This document shows, piece by piece, positions 26,976 to 39,161 of a DNA stretch of 64,000 nucleotides. Positions within the stretch are counted from its first letter, which is position 1, and each line of letters starts with the position of its first letter. The notes beneath the pieces are model-generated. The model saw nothing but the letters and a program-made list of their open reading frames with translations. It had not been told where the DNA came from and did no database searches. Source of the stretch: Eledone cirrhosa (Eukaryota); NCBI GenBank assembly GCA_964016885.1, contig OZ024747.1, forward strand, positions 22,258,001 to 22,322,000, written 5' to 3'. The translations under genes and the position numbers were made by a program.

Positions 26976-27133
26976 AATCAAAAGAGATGAAAACACCAAA
27001 ACAGGTTTTAGTTCACCAGCTTGATAACTTTAGCCGAAGCCTTGTCAACTTGGAACAGTCTGTCAAAGGTCAGCTTGATGAAGCAGTGCCTAAAGATGTA
27101 TCATCACTACAAGTTTCCTTGTTGAGACATCAG
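26976..27133 (+). CDS. Exon: plakin domain
   Basis: aacag|(E)SKEMKTPKQVLVHQLDNFSRSLVNLEQSVKGQLDEAVPKDVSSLQVSLLRHQ|gtagat; phase 1 matches the previous exon. Confidence 0.9.
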
Positions 27134-27674
27134 GTAGATAACTTTTATTTTTTATAATCATTTGCATTGAACCTTTTTTTTTATTTGTTAGCAACTAGTG
27201 CAACAAATATATGCAACCAACCAACACTGTAAAATGGCAGTGCTGGTGCCACAATAAAATGCAACCAGCCCATACTGTTAAGTGGTAGTTCTGGTACCAC
27301 AATAAAATCCACTAAGCCTACACTATAAAATAGTAGTCTGGTGTCATGATAAAATGCAGCCAGCCCACTCTGTAAAGTTGTAGTGTTGGTGCTACAATAA
27401 AATGCACCCACTATACACCATGAAGTGGGTGGCATTTGGAAGTGCATCTAGCTATAGAAACCATGCCAGAATGGAACATATAAGTGAGATGCATTCATCT
27501 GACCACAGAACTTGATAACCAATCTAACCCATGCAAGCACTTTGGTATGTCCAAAAGTGTAATTTATGGGGAATGGGTTTAATCCATAGAATAATCTTAA
27601 TTTAGACTGCATAAGTTTGCCCAGCTATATCAAAGCAACACCCTAAATATAATATAGTGATAGAATAAGTATAT

Positions 27675-27903
27675 TTAACCATTTTGTTACTATATTTCTA
27701 ATGAAATATTTTAATTAATTAATGAAGAATTTGGCAAGAATTTACTAAAATTATAATTTCATTAAGATGGTATTTGTAACATAACAAAATGCTCTTATAT
27801 AAAATTATTTTGGAAAGTTTTAATTTAAGTAGGAGCCTTTAAAATGGTTATTTTTGTGTCATAGAAATAGGCAGCTTTGGGTGGGTTTTCTTAAAAAGGT
27901 TAA
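27675..27903. mobile_element. piggyBac-type MITE, family B
   Basis: TTAACCATTTTGTTAC...AAAAAGGTTAA; internal sequence similar to the 2874 copy. Confidence 0.65.
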
Positions 27904-27997
27904 ATATCAATTTCTCTTCCTCTTCTTCCAACTATGTTTTCTCCAATCTCTTCCTTTCACATTTTCTTTAATTTTTCTTATTTTCAATATCACACAG

Positions 27998-28155
27998 GAA
28001 CTTGACAGTACTTTTAAGAAGTATGAAAAGGAATTAGAAGACATTAAGAAATCTGCCAAATCCCAACATTGGGCAGCCCCAGTTGGCACCAAACTCAACC
28101 TGATTGTTCAAAAATGGAATTCTTTACTATCACTGTCTCAGATTTATATGGAAAG
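27998..28155 (+). CDS. Exon: spectrin-like repeat
   Basis: acag|ELDSTFKKYEKELEDIKKSAKSQHWAAPVGTKLNLIVQKWNSLLSLSQIYME(R)|gtaaat. Confidence 0.93.
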
Positions 28156-28656
28156 GTAAATTATTGATTACCCTAAACTTTTTCACTCATTTTACTTCAC
28201 TTCTTTTATTTTCAAATTCTATAAAATCTTCTGCTATAAGTTTGCAGTGTTAGATCCATAACAAAATAGTAGAATGCTAGTCACTTATGCCATTTTCAGT
28301 GCCTTTTAACCTCCATATCTACACCGAAAGAGTAGACATTACTGCAATACTGAAGATACTTTTGGCAAGAGTTAAAAAAATCTGGCTTTAATTTATACTC
28401 TCAATTCATTAACATTTCATGAAACTGGCATAAGCTCTAGCCTTCATCTAAGTTGTGCCAGAAGATGTAGCCTCAGTATGTATTCCCAACTGCTCAATAC
28501 TTTATGAAACTGGTATAAGCTCTGGCCTTTGTCCAAGTTGTACAAATATATGAAAGAACAGACATAAAATTGATTACACTCATTGTTTTGAGTTTTTATA
28601 GTTGTTGCAAACTTTAAAATGTTTTAATTTATTTGACTAATTTTATTTTATTGCAG

Positions 28657-28795
28657 AATGAAAACAATTGAAATATTTGTGTCTCGAACTGATGAAATAA
28701 AAGAGTTCATCAAAGAAATTGAAGATCATTTGGCCTCCTCTGACAACATGTCTTCAGATCTTGATATTTTATATGCCCTCCGTGAAGAACTTCAG
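28657..28795 (+). CDS. Exon: spectrin-like repeat
   Basis: gcag|MKTIEIFVSRTDEIKEFIKEIEDHLASSDNMSSDLDILYALREELQ|gttaca. Confidence 0.91.
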
Positions 28796-30710
28796 GTTAC
28801 ATCAAATTTTATTTCTAATTGAGTCGAGTATTCCTCTCACCAAAATTGTTAATCTGTTGAAATTAGAAATTATTTTAAATAATACAAGAATGGGATTGTT
28901 AGTGTATGAAGTCAGTTTGTTACTTTACATCTAACTATTATGCTACTTGACATTTCCGCATTTACATATAGCGTAGGCTTACTTTTCCTTTCATTCCACT
29001 TGGATTGATAAGTTTCTGTAAAAACACAAAACAGTCATCTGACTGTACTGCTAATGTAATGAAGGAACTATTAGTTTCATAGTCTATGTCTTGGATTTCA
29101 CTTTGTCTCAATGGTCCTGTTCACAAAACTGTAAGGCTAATTCAATTCACTGCTGTCAGTAATTGTCAGAGCAATAACAAAACATCCTTACACCTTTCCA
29201 TGGATGAAACACAATAGGTTCTCTGTTTGTCCTGGAAGATAGCTACCTCTTTATTGCTTAATGGATGAAATGTGTTGCTTGGCAGACTTGCCCAACCCAT
29301 GTAAGCATGTACAACCAGATGTTAAAACAATGATGATGAAAATTGATATAAACTCCAATGCATCATGACACCATCTGGTAAGAGCAGTAGATAGAAATGT
29401 GAGCCGAGTCTACCTTAATAAACTTTCTCCTTATGAAATTGGCTCTTTGCCACTCAAAAGTAATTCATATCTTTAAACCTATAGCATCAATTAAGTTGTC
29501 TTTTTCTTATGCTATTTCATGTTTGTGTGATATATATATATATATGCATACGTATTCGGGGGGGGGGGGGGGGGGGTCCAAATATATAGGAAATTAGATA
29601 GTTCTACTAATTCACACTTTACTATGAACTGCTTGAAGAGAATTTTATATATTTTCCTTGTTTAATAACATAATCTCATAGGTGTGATTCTTAGACCAGG
29701 TGTCATGTTATGGTCTTATGCAAAAAACTTCATTTCACATTGCTCTGGATCACTCATCCGAAAACAAGTACCAGCAGTAGCTGGGAGTTAACCTTGCAAT
29801 GAACTAGCATCCAGTGCAGGAGGGAGTCTGGTATACTAAGTCACTTAACACCAATTAAACCAGGATAAGCACCAGCTTGATGAGCTTCAGGGCTTGTGAC
29901 AGACTTAAATAGCATCTAGAAATCTTCCTAAGATAGACTGTAGACAAGTGGAGTAATGTCGGTTGTAGATTTTAATTCTTCATCTTTGGATTAGTATGGT
30001 TCTTCACAAATCAATATAATTTTGTTTAATTTCACCACTTGAAGTCATGTTACCTTTAATGGTGTCTATTCTGATGCAATTATTTCAGCTTGGTCTCTGG
30101 TCTAGGGATAACTTCCTTCTTCTCACCAATCTTGAAGGACCTGCAAGGGTTCATGGGTACTGCCCTTCATCCTCTCATGGAGCCATTTAAAAAAATGTCT
30201 CAATATAATATCAATATAATAAGCATCTTATCTCAGAGAAGATTTATTTATTATCTAGTTAATCATATTGAATCCAGAGCTAAATACCAATTTTATGAGA
30301 CCAATGTATGTCTTGACACATTGTCTGTTGTTTTCTTTTAACTCTTAACATCCTGTTGTGATTAAGAAAATATCTCAAAGCAGATTTGTTAAGTCATATA
30401 TTTACAATATCTTGACTAGGATGCAAATCGTTGTGAAAATTTACAGTAAACTAGAGTAAAAATTTAAATTTTTAAACTAATTCTGTCATAGTGTAGTTTT
30501 GTACTTTTCAAGAATATTTTTCTAATGTGATTTCATGTGGAACACGACATTAAAAGTTAAGCAACCAACTAATCACTACAAACAGTAACTCTCTGGATGT
30601 TAAGACTTAATTTCATCAGCATCTTTGTTGTTGTCAGCATCTTTCTTACATCCTGTATCTTTGAGCTGTTACATGAAATTACATGTGAGATAGATATCTT
30701 TGTCTTGCAG

Positions 30711-30904
30711 GAGGTCCAATCAAGAGTCCAACAGAAACAGTCCTTAATAGATAACTTGAAAAAAGACATGCTGGATGTCAAAAAATCCTTATCTCAGCAG
30801 CATGGTCCAGGCAGCTCACAACAAGCCGATATCGATGATCAAGAGAAGGAAATGAAAGTGTTGCAGTCTCAATGGGATGCAGTCTGCATTCAACTTATTG
30901 AAAG
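30711..30904 (+). CDS. Exon: spectrin-like repeat
   Basis: gcag|EVQSRVQQKQSLIDNLKKDMLDVKKSLSQQHGPGSSQQADIDDQEKEMKVLQSQWDAVCIQLIE(R)|gttagt. Confidence 0.93.
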
Positions 30905-30938
30905 GTTAGTATTTTAGATTTCACAATTATTTCACATA

Positions 30939-31148
30939 CACACACATGCATTCAAACATATTTCATGCCCACATATAAATATATACAAATATATTTTACG
31001 CACACACATGCATTCAAACATATTTCATGCCCACATATAAATATATACAAATATATTTTACGCACACACATGCATTCAAACATATTTCATGCCCACATAT
31101 AAATATATACAAATATATTTTACGCACACACATGTATTCAAACATATT
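30939..31148. repeat. 62-bp tandem repeat, ~3.3 copies
   Basis: atgcattcaaacatatttcatgcccacatataaatatatacaaatatattttacgcacacac at 30946, 31008 and 31070. Confidence 0.92.
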
Positions 31149-31719
31149 TCCCATTTCATGCATACACACACGCACACACACACATATATATCAGAGAGGG
31201 TGTGATAAGATACCAGGTGGGCCATAACGCACCAGAGTACTCGATACTTGGAGTAGTAGAGTGGGTAATATGAAAAGATTCAGGGGTCCTGAATCTTTTC
31301 ATATATATATATACATACATACACATATATATATATATATATAATACATATATACATACATATATAGATATAGATATATATTGGAAAATGTGTGAGATCC
31401 ATGGTACAGTTAGGTATATTTGAAAAAAAGGAAAAGAATGACTTCACTTGTAGTGTTCAAAAATTTTTGATTTAATTTTATAATATAATTTTATAATAGT
31501 CATCTGTCTGTAACGATTGTCAAACTGAGATTTCAGTTTGACAATCGCCACAGACAGACGAATGCGAGAAAGTTCTCCAACCCAAGTTAACCAGGAATCT
31601 CTAAAATTCTTCCCAACGAAGTTAACAAAGAACTTACTGGATCTACCAACTCATAATATTATAAAATTAAATCAAAAATTTTGTAACACTACAAGTGAAG
31701 TCATTCTTTTCCTTTTTTT

Positions 31720-31750
<31 letters not shown>

Positions 31751-32028
31751 GGAGGCACATGGCTTAGTGGTTAGAGCATTGGCCTCAATTCTCAGACCGG
31801 GCGATGTGTTGTTTCCTTGAGCAAGACACTTTATTTCACATTGCTCCAGTTTACTCAGCTGTAGAAATGAGATGATAGGGATGGGGGTCCATATCATTCC
31901 ACTGTAAAGTGGACGTGTAGGTGCCACGGCAAAAAAAGCACCCAGCACTCACTGTAAGGTTGGTGTTAGGAAGGGCATCCAGCTGTAGAAATCAAGCCAA
32001 AATCAGTTCCCGTCCCACCCTTGCAAGC
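31751..32028 (+). mobile_element. tRNA-headed SINE family 2 with B-box deletion
   Basis: Head ggaggcacatggcttagtggttagagc, ccttgagcaagacactttatttcacattgctccag, ttaggaagggcatccagctgtag. Confidence 0.82.
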
Positions 32029-32139
32029 ACACACATACACAGGCTAACCCAAGAGCTGGTGTTATCAATCAAACTGTTCCTGTATTGATTGTCTATTTGG
32101 TTTCTATTTTTGAATTGTTTTGTTTGTTTTCTCTCTCAG

Positions 32140-32299
32140 ACTCCGCAGCATTGACTCAGCTCTACAATTGTTGTCTTTGTACCACAATGGTGTCAAAGCT
32201 GAGAAACAGTGGGTTCAACAAATGGTTGCTAAAACCAATGTCCAACCCCCTTTAACGTCTAATATTGAAGAAGTGAAAAATCTGCTGGATCCAACAATG
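32140..32299 (+). CDS. Exon: spectrin-like repeat
   Basis: tcag|LRSIDSALQLLSLYHNGVKAEKQWVQQMVAKTNVQPPLTSNIEEVKNLLDPTM|gtgaga. Confidence 0.93.
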
Positions 32300-32419
32300 G
32301 TGAGAACATTTTCTTCAGTAATTCTCTCTCGAATACTGTATTATCTCTCATATACTGTTTAGCTACTTTCTTTTAACATCTTTCTTTTTCTTTTAATTCA
32401 CTTCTGCTGCTTAGCTGTC

Positions 32420-32552
32420 CTCTTACCTGTCTTCTTATCCGACCTCTTACCTGTCTTCTTATCCGACCTCATACCTGTCTTCTTATCCGACCTCATACCT
32501 GTCTTCTTATCCGACCTCATACCCGTCTTCTTATCCGACCTCATACCTGTCT
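32420..32552. repeat. 24-bp tandem repeat, ~5 copies
   Basis: acctgtcttcttatccgacctc(a/t)t. Confidence 0.92.
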
Positions 32553-34142
32553 CTGTTTCTCTGTCCCAGTATCTGGTTCCTTGTCCTACTTCTAGTCCCT
32601 GGTTCCATGTCCCCTTGTTAACTTCTGATTCCCTATGTTCTTGCTTCCTTTTGTAGTTGTACACACACATGTGGGCCTGTATGTATGTTTGCATGTATGT
32701 ATACATCTATATACATGTGCGTATATCAGATAGGGTGTGGTAAAAACCAGCTAGACCATAACCCACCAGAGCACTCGATACTTGGGTGTCGAAACACCTG
32801 GAGCTCAGCCGCCGGGGTATATATATATATATGTCATCATCATTTAACGTCCATCTTCCACACGCACATGTAATATCAAAAGATTCAGGACACATATATA
32901 TTATATATATATATATATGTGTGTACACCTGTATGTATGTTTGCATATTATGTATGGATCTATATATGTATATGTTTGTTTAAATATATCATCATCACCA
33001 TTTAATATCCATTTTTCCATACTAGAATGGGTTAGACAAATCGTCTTATTTGAGACAAATTAGATCAGGAGAACGTGTCTTGCTCATACAGAAATTTTTT
33101 TGGCTTTGTTTCTACGCCTGGATGACCTTCCTAATGCCAACATTTACCATGTGGACTGGTTGCTTTTTATCATGGCACCAAAATGACCACTTTACAATGT
33201 GTGTATGCACACACACACACACACACACACGCACGTATGTTTGGGAGCTGTATGTATGTTTTCATGTCTATGTATGCATCTAAATATATATGTATGTGTA
33301 TATGTGTCTTCATTTTTACATTTTAAGTCCATTTTCCAGGCTGATATGGATATCTGCTGCTCCTATGTGCCAAAATAATTGTGTATGTGTGTAATAGTAT
33401 ATTTGTATGTGTGATATATTATTGAAAGGATTAGTAGAAAAATGTCTCTTCCTATATATATATATATATATATATCCTCATTTAACATCCATTTTCCATG
33501 CTAGAGGATCAAGTTGAGAAACTAAATAACAGAAGAATAGTTGAGGAGTTGCTACCTGTAAAAATAGACATTCCATGAAGATCGACTTTCTTCTAGTTAC
33601 CTGTTTTATTTATGCATTTTTGAAAACAACTTCAATTTCAAAATCTACTTGTTGCCAAAATTCTTACTGTGCTATTTCTATCTTTCTGCCCCTTTCTCTC
33701 TGTATCTATCACTATCTCTGCCTATATGTCTATATATACTTTTGGGTTATTTCTATTTCCATATTTTATATTTGAATAGTATCTTAATTTGTTTGAGATG
33801 CTCTCTTAGGGTTGATATGTCAATTAGGAGGCACTTCTCTTTCTGGTAACTTAGACCACAATATCTGGTCAGTTAGCCTTGATCTCCCTGTCTGTATTGG
33901 AATATCACAGAGTACAGTTACTTTGTCATTTACTGTGACTTTTTCCACCTTTTTCTTTTGCTATTTCATAATGCTGCATGAGTTCCAGTGTATTTAAATT
34001 CCATATCTTTATATTTTATGAACTTGTCAAATTCTTTTGCTGCAAGGTTGTGATCACATGGGATGCCCATATCAATCAATAAACAGACTTTATTATTGTA
34101 ATTATCATCATAATTATTATCATTATTAGTATTGGTATTGGT

Positions 34143-34330
34143 AGGGCGGTGAATTGGCAGTATCGGTAGAGGATTGGACGTCGTGCTTTCTAGCATAGTT
34201 ACGTCCCTTTATGGTCCGAGTTCAAATCCCGTCGAGGTTAACTTTGCCTTTCATCCTTATGGGGTCGGTAAAATAAAGTACCAGTAATGTACTGGGTAAT
34301 TGCTGGCCTTGTGCCAAAAGTAGAAACAAT
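34143..34330 (+). mobile_element. SINE family 1, young full-length copy
   Basis: A box tggcagtatcggtag, B box gagttcaaatcc, Deu/Nin-like core, 3' gtagaaacaattatt; flanking repeat attattagtattgg at 34122-34135 and 34329-34342. Confidence 0.88.
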
Positions 34331-34342
34331 TATTAGTATTGG

Positions 34343-34556
34343 GAGAGTGGTGATTTGGCAGAATCATGAGAGCATTGGATAAGATGCTTTGCAGTATTTA
34401 GCTCTGTCTCTTTAAGTTCAAATCTTGCCAAGATCAACTTGGCCTTTCATCCTTCTGAGGTCAATAAAATAAAGTACTAGTCAAGTACTGGGCTTGATTT
34501 AATCAATATTCTCCTCCCCTCAAATTGCTGGCATTGAGCTTAACTTAGAAACCATT
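34343..34556 (+). mobile_element. SINE family 1, older copy directly behind the young one
   Basis: ttggcagaatc...aagttcaaatct...ggcctttcatccttctgaggtcaataaaataaagtactag...tagaaacc. Confidence 0.75.
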
Positions 34557-34605
34557 TTTATGATTATTGTTATTTTTAAATAAACTGATTTTGTTGATAT
34601 TCCAG

Positions 34606-34689
34606 GCAATCTACAATGCTCTCGGTGAGCGGCGCCATCAGATAGAAGCAATGAACCGTTATGGTGGGCAATATATCCGAGAGGCTAAG
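34606..34689 (+). CDS. Exon: spectrin-like repeat
   Basis: ccag|AIYNALGERRHQIEAMNRYGGQYIREAK|gtaaag. Confidence 0.93.
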
Positions 34690-37382
34690 GTAAAGTCATC
34701 AATTTTAAAGTTTTTATATATGGAATGTTTTTGTTAAAACTAATATGTAAGCCCTGGATCAGTTTTACTTATAGGTAATAGATTATAACCAAGTCGCATG
34801 CATTTACATGCTAACATATTTTCTTTGTACAGAAACTAATGCATGTTGCTGTCTTGATTAAATCTAAAGTTTATGATTTTTAGAGAGTTTTGGCATGTTT
34901 GTTAATGTTGAATTCTTCTAAACATGAATTAAGAAAATATTTCTTTCTCACTATGTTATGTTTGTGTGTGCATTACAATTTTTCATTTTAATGTATGTAT
35001 TGTTTAAAACTGAATTGCCTTGACGAAAATAGATTGTTTTGTGTCTCATCATATGCTTGTCAGTTAAAGAAAACGAAATTTGATGTTTAGCTAAGTTTCT
35101 CATAACTCAACAATATTGGAAAACTTCTGGAGCTAAATATTTTATTTTGCTTTCAATATAAGCACACAAGATTTTAATCCATTATCTATGACTCCAAATA
35201 CTAACTAGAGAGGACATTTCTGTCCATCTTTTAGCCAAACTAAAACTTCCCATTAATACTACCACGCTATATTACCATTCATGAAATAGTTTTGCTCTTC
35301 TTTTCAGTAAAGAGATACTCTCTTCTTCCTCTAATGACAAGCTTACTAAATGTTTTTACATATTCTTTCAAATCTTTACTTATACTCTGTCTATCTTGAG
35401 TGAACATATTGAATGATGCTTGCTTGTTAAATTTCGGCTAAAGCAGCAAAACCTGGTAAGGAAAAATATTTATAGTCAATCACCAGCTGTTGGATATTGG
35501 AATTCAGATCCAGCCACTGGAAGCTTCATTGCTAAGAATAAAAATTGATTAGGTTCTGTTTATTTCGTTGTATATCAGTAATTTTATATACAACTTAAAT
35601 GTACTTATATTCACTATATTTTCACTAGTATATATAAGTAGAACTTAGAAATATTGAAATACTAAACATATTAGACAAAAAATATTCTAAATAAAACTAT
35701 TCAGTTTATAGTAAATATCTATTAGATAACATGATTTGTAATTTTGGTCTTGATACTGGTTCCACTTTGAAGATAGTAGATAGATGCTGAGGAAGATTTG
35801 ATTGATATATTGACCACCAAAGCTGTGACCACCAAAAGCTGACTAACAGACAAGATGCAATATGACCTGTTTTCAACCCTGCACTCAATGCATTGAAATA
35901 CTGTATGATAATGCGAAGTATGGTCTTAAACAGATTAAAGTTGATCATATTTGAGGTGTAAGACCTGTATGCTGCCCACATCAAATCAGCAATATCTATG
36001 AAATAGATTTCTCAAGTAGAACTAAATAGAGATATATAGCAATTGTTGCAAACCCATTTCTGATTTCAAGAATGGAAGAGTAATTTCTTCACTCAAAGTA
36101 TATAAATGTGAAGTACATTAGTGTACCTAGTATAAGCCCAAAACTACTTCATCTGAACCAAAGTATTCATACTACAGAAACTTTGAAGTCACAACTTCAT
36201 AGAATATATGGACATACTTTATATTGTCTGTCACTTTACATATCATTCTTTTAATTAGCAAATGAACTATGAAATGGTAAGAAAAACTTTGAAGAGATGA
36301 GGAAAGCTATCATATTAGCTCAGAGTTAAACTTAATATTTATCTAACAATATTTAAAGTCAATGGCCATGTTTCTTTTCTTTCTTTCCATAAAGGCCAAG
36401 ATAAAACTAACTTCTATTATAGACTGCACGGTAGGTCTACTCAAGCAACAGTAAGCAATGTAGTAGCAGTTTTCAGTTTACTGAACTAGTTTCTTGACTC
36501 ACATTGTTGAGTTCAAACCATGTTTAGTTTCTTCTGCTTTTAGAACAATCTAAATCCCTCTGTAGCTCTTACATTGGTTTATAATAGACAAATTCTTCAA
36601 CCACAGAAGACCATGATACTGGTATCATGAACAGTTGGTACAAGGAAGAGAACCTAACATTTCTAATACATACATTCTTTAACTATTTCATTACTGTATT
36701 TCTAGTGAAAGAAATTACCTATGTGTTTTAATTAATTTTGAAGATAACCAAACTGTCTCATTACTAAGTTGATATTTAGAACATTACTTAAGAAATATTT
36801 CTAAAATAAAATTATGATGAAAGGTTTTAATATAAGGATAAACATTTTACAAATTGCAGTTTTGTATCATAAATCCAGGCCAGTCAAAAGGATTAAATCA
36901 ATATCATAATGACACCTTAAACTATAGATTAAAAAGACCTAGAAAATAAATAAGTTCTTTTTTTTTTCTAAGGAGAAGTTACGTTATTTCTGTAAATAAA
37001 CTTTTAGAACTAAATTTGTCATTCCCCCAAAGTTGAATTAAAAACCAGTATCAGTTCTGTAGATCAGTTATCCATCAGCTGGTGAGTTTGACATTTCAGC
37101 ACCAAGTTTAGCTAAATGACTATATAGTGAAAGTGTTAGTATTAGCTGTTATTGCACTTGCATGTGAACCAAGTTGTCATAAAATATTTGCATGAAACCT
37201 TTCCTCAAGCATGCATCATGATGTATTCCAAAACATATTGTATGTTTGTTGTTGTTTTAACTGTGTGCATGTTTTATAGTTCGAGTGAAATCCCATTTCT
37301 GAATATTTAAATGTTTATTTAATCAATGCCTTCTCTCAAATTCTTCAAATGAAGAGTTTTTCAAAGACCATTATTGTTAATC

Positions 37383-37482
37383 TCGCCGAGGTTGACTTTG
37401 CCTTTCATCCTTATGGGGTCGATAAAATAAAGTACCAGTAATGCACTGGGTAATTGCTGGCCTTGTGCCTAAAGTAGAAACA
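37383..37482 (+). mobile_element. SINE family 1, 5'-truncated, with TSD
   Basis: 13-bp TSD attattgttaatc at 37370-37382 and 37483-37495. Confidence 0.85.
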
Positions 37483-38718
37483 ATTATTGTTAATCACTTC
37501 AGATATTGCTTTGTTGCACTAATTTTTACTAGTTATTAGTTTAAGGAGCTGGATTTATAAATGTAGATATTTAACCATGTATTAACACTTTTGTGACTAT
37601 ATTTCTAACAAGAATATACTAACTTTGTGTGTGTGTAACACCATAATTCCTACAGATATGCATGTTGATATCCACAATCCTCTGTGATTGGGAAGTAGTT
37701 AGAAATGGAAAGGATGATGTGATATCAGCCTTTGTCTCTGGAACTCTATGATAATCTGCCTATGACTTTGCAGATATTGTTTTCGTTTATCAATGAATAT
37801 TGCTACCAGTGACAATGGGTGTGTATTAAGTTTAACTTAATATAACAAACTACACATTTTAGCACTTTAATTTTTTATACACATATGCGCAAACATGGTT
37901 CGGGGTTAAATTCCAACATCTAGCACCTTGAAAAGTGTCTTCTACTATAACCTTGGGCTGACTAATGCTTTGTGAGTGAACTTGGTAGATGGAAACTGTA
38001 AGGAAGGCCATCACATACTCTTTTACTCTTTTACCTGTTTCAGCCATCCGGCTGAGGCCATGCTGGGGCACCGCCCTTGGCGGTGCCCCAGCATATATAT
38101 ATGTGGGTGTTTGTGTATGTTTGCTTATATTCCACAGCTTTGTGGTTTGACAAACAACATACTTGAAGTAAAGTATGGGTCGGTGTCAATAAAGATATTT
38201 GGACATAAAAAATCTGACTCAGAAAGTATCATCCTCTTATGCCAACATGGAAAAAGTGGATCTCAAGACAACGATTATGAATGATGACAAGGCAATTATT
38301 TATATGTTCTAGTGTTCAGAACATACATCAGATCAGGCTAATAGCTGATCATCTACCCGTGCCATGTTGAAAATTTACAATAGAAAGATGGACACCCAAT
38401 TTAAGTCCCGCTCAGGGAAAATTATATGAGTACAAATAAGACAACTGGAGATAAGTGTAGATTGAACCAGTTAAAACACAGCATTAAATATTGAAGATAT
38501 GATTGATGAGATTGATTGGGATATTTTTTTAGGTGTCTCTTGCTAGCTGTAGAAAGAGACCTCATAAAAATACAGAGAGAGACATTTCATACAACTAAAG
38601 AAGGGTCTCTCTGTTGTTTCATGAAGGCTCTCTCTCTTTAATTACATAGAGAGACCTGATAGACATACATAGAGAGGCTTCATAGAACGAGGGGGAGAAC
38701 TATTTCATATAACTAAAG

Positions 38719-38759
<41 letters not shown>

Positions 38760-38951
38760 GTTCTATGAGGTCACTCTCTCTCCCTCTCACTTTCTATGAA
38801 AACTCTTTCCTTAGTTCTACAAAGTCTCTCTTGAATTCTATAAAGACATTTTAGTTTTATAAAATCTCTTTTTTACTTTTATTTGTATTCTTAACTGAAA
38901 CTTTTATTTGTATTCTTAACTGAAAGTTTTTTCCTTTGGCACTTTTTGTAG

Positions 38952-39161
38952 ATTTATGACAAGAAAATGAAGCAGTATACAGAAAGCCTAATTTCACCCC
39001 AAAGCAATGTACACCGAAGTAATAACCAACCAAATGGAGCTGAAACGATCCGAGAAGAACTGGATTTATTGAACTCCACCTACATGAACATGGTTCAGTG
39101 GACTAATAATAGATTAAAAGACATCACTGCAATTTTGTCTGAAGCTAATGTTGATATGAAA
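38952..39161 (+). CDS. Exon: end of plakin domain
   Basis: tag|IYDKKMKQYTESLISPQSNVHRSNNQPNGAETIREELDLLNSTYMNMVQWTNNRLKDITAILSEANVDMK|gtaagc. Confidence 0.93.

Noticed and set aside
35308-35455. Possible exon ending at the strong donor cctg|gtaagg
   Set aside because: The best acceptor is followed immediately by TAA; only 9-12-nt versions with poor acceptors stay open; insufficient support
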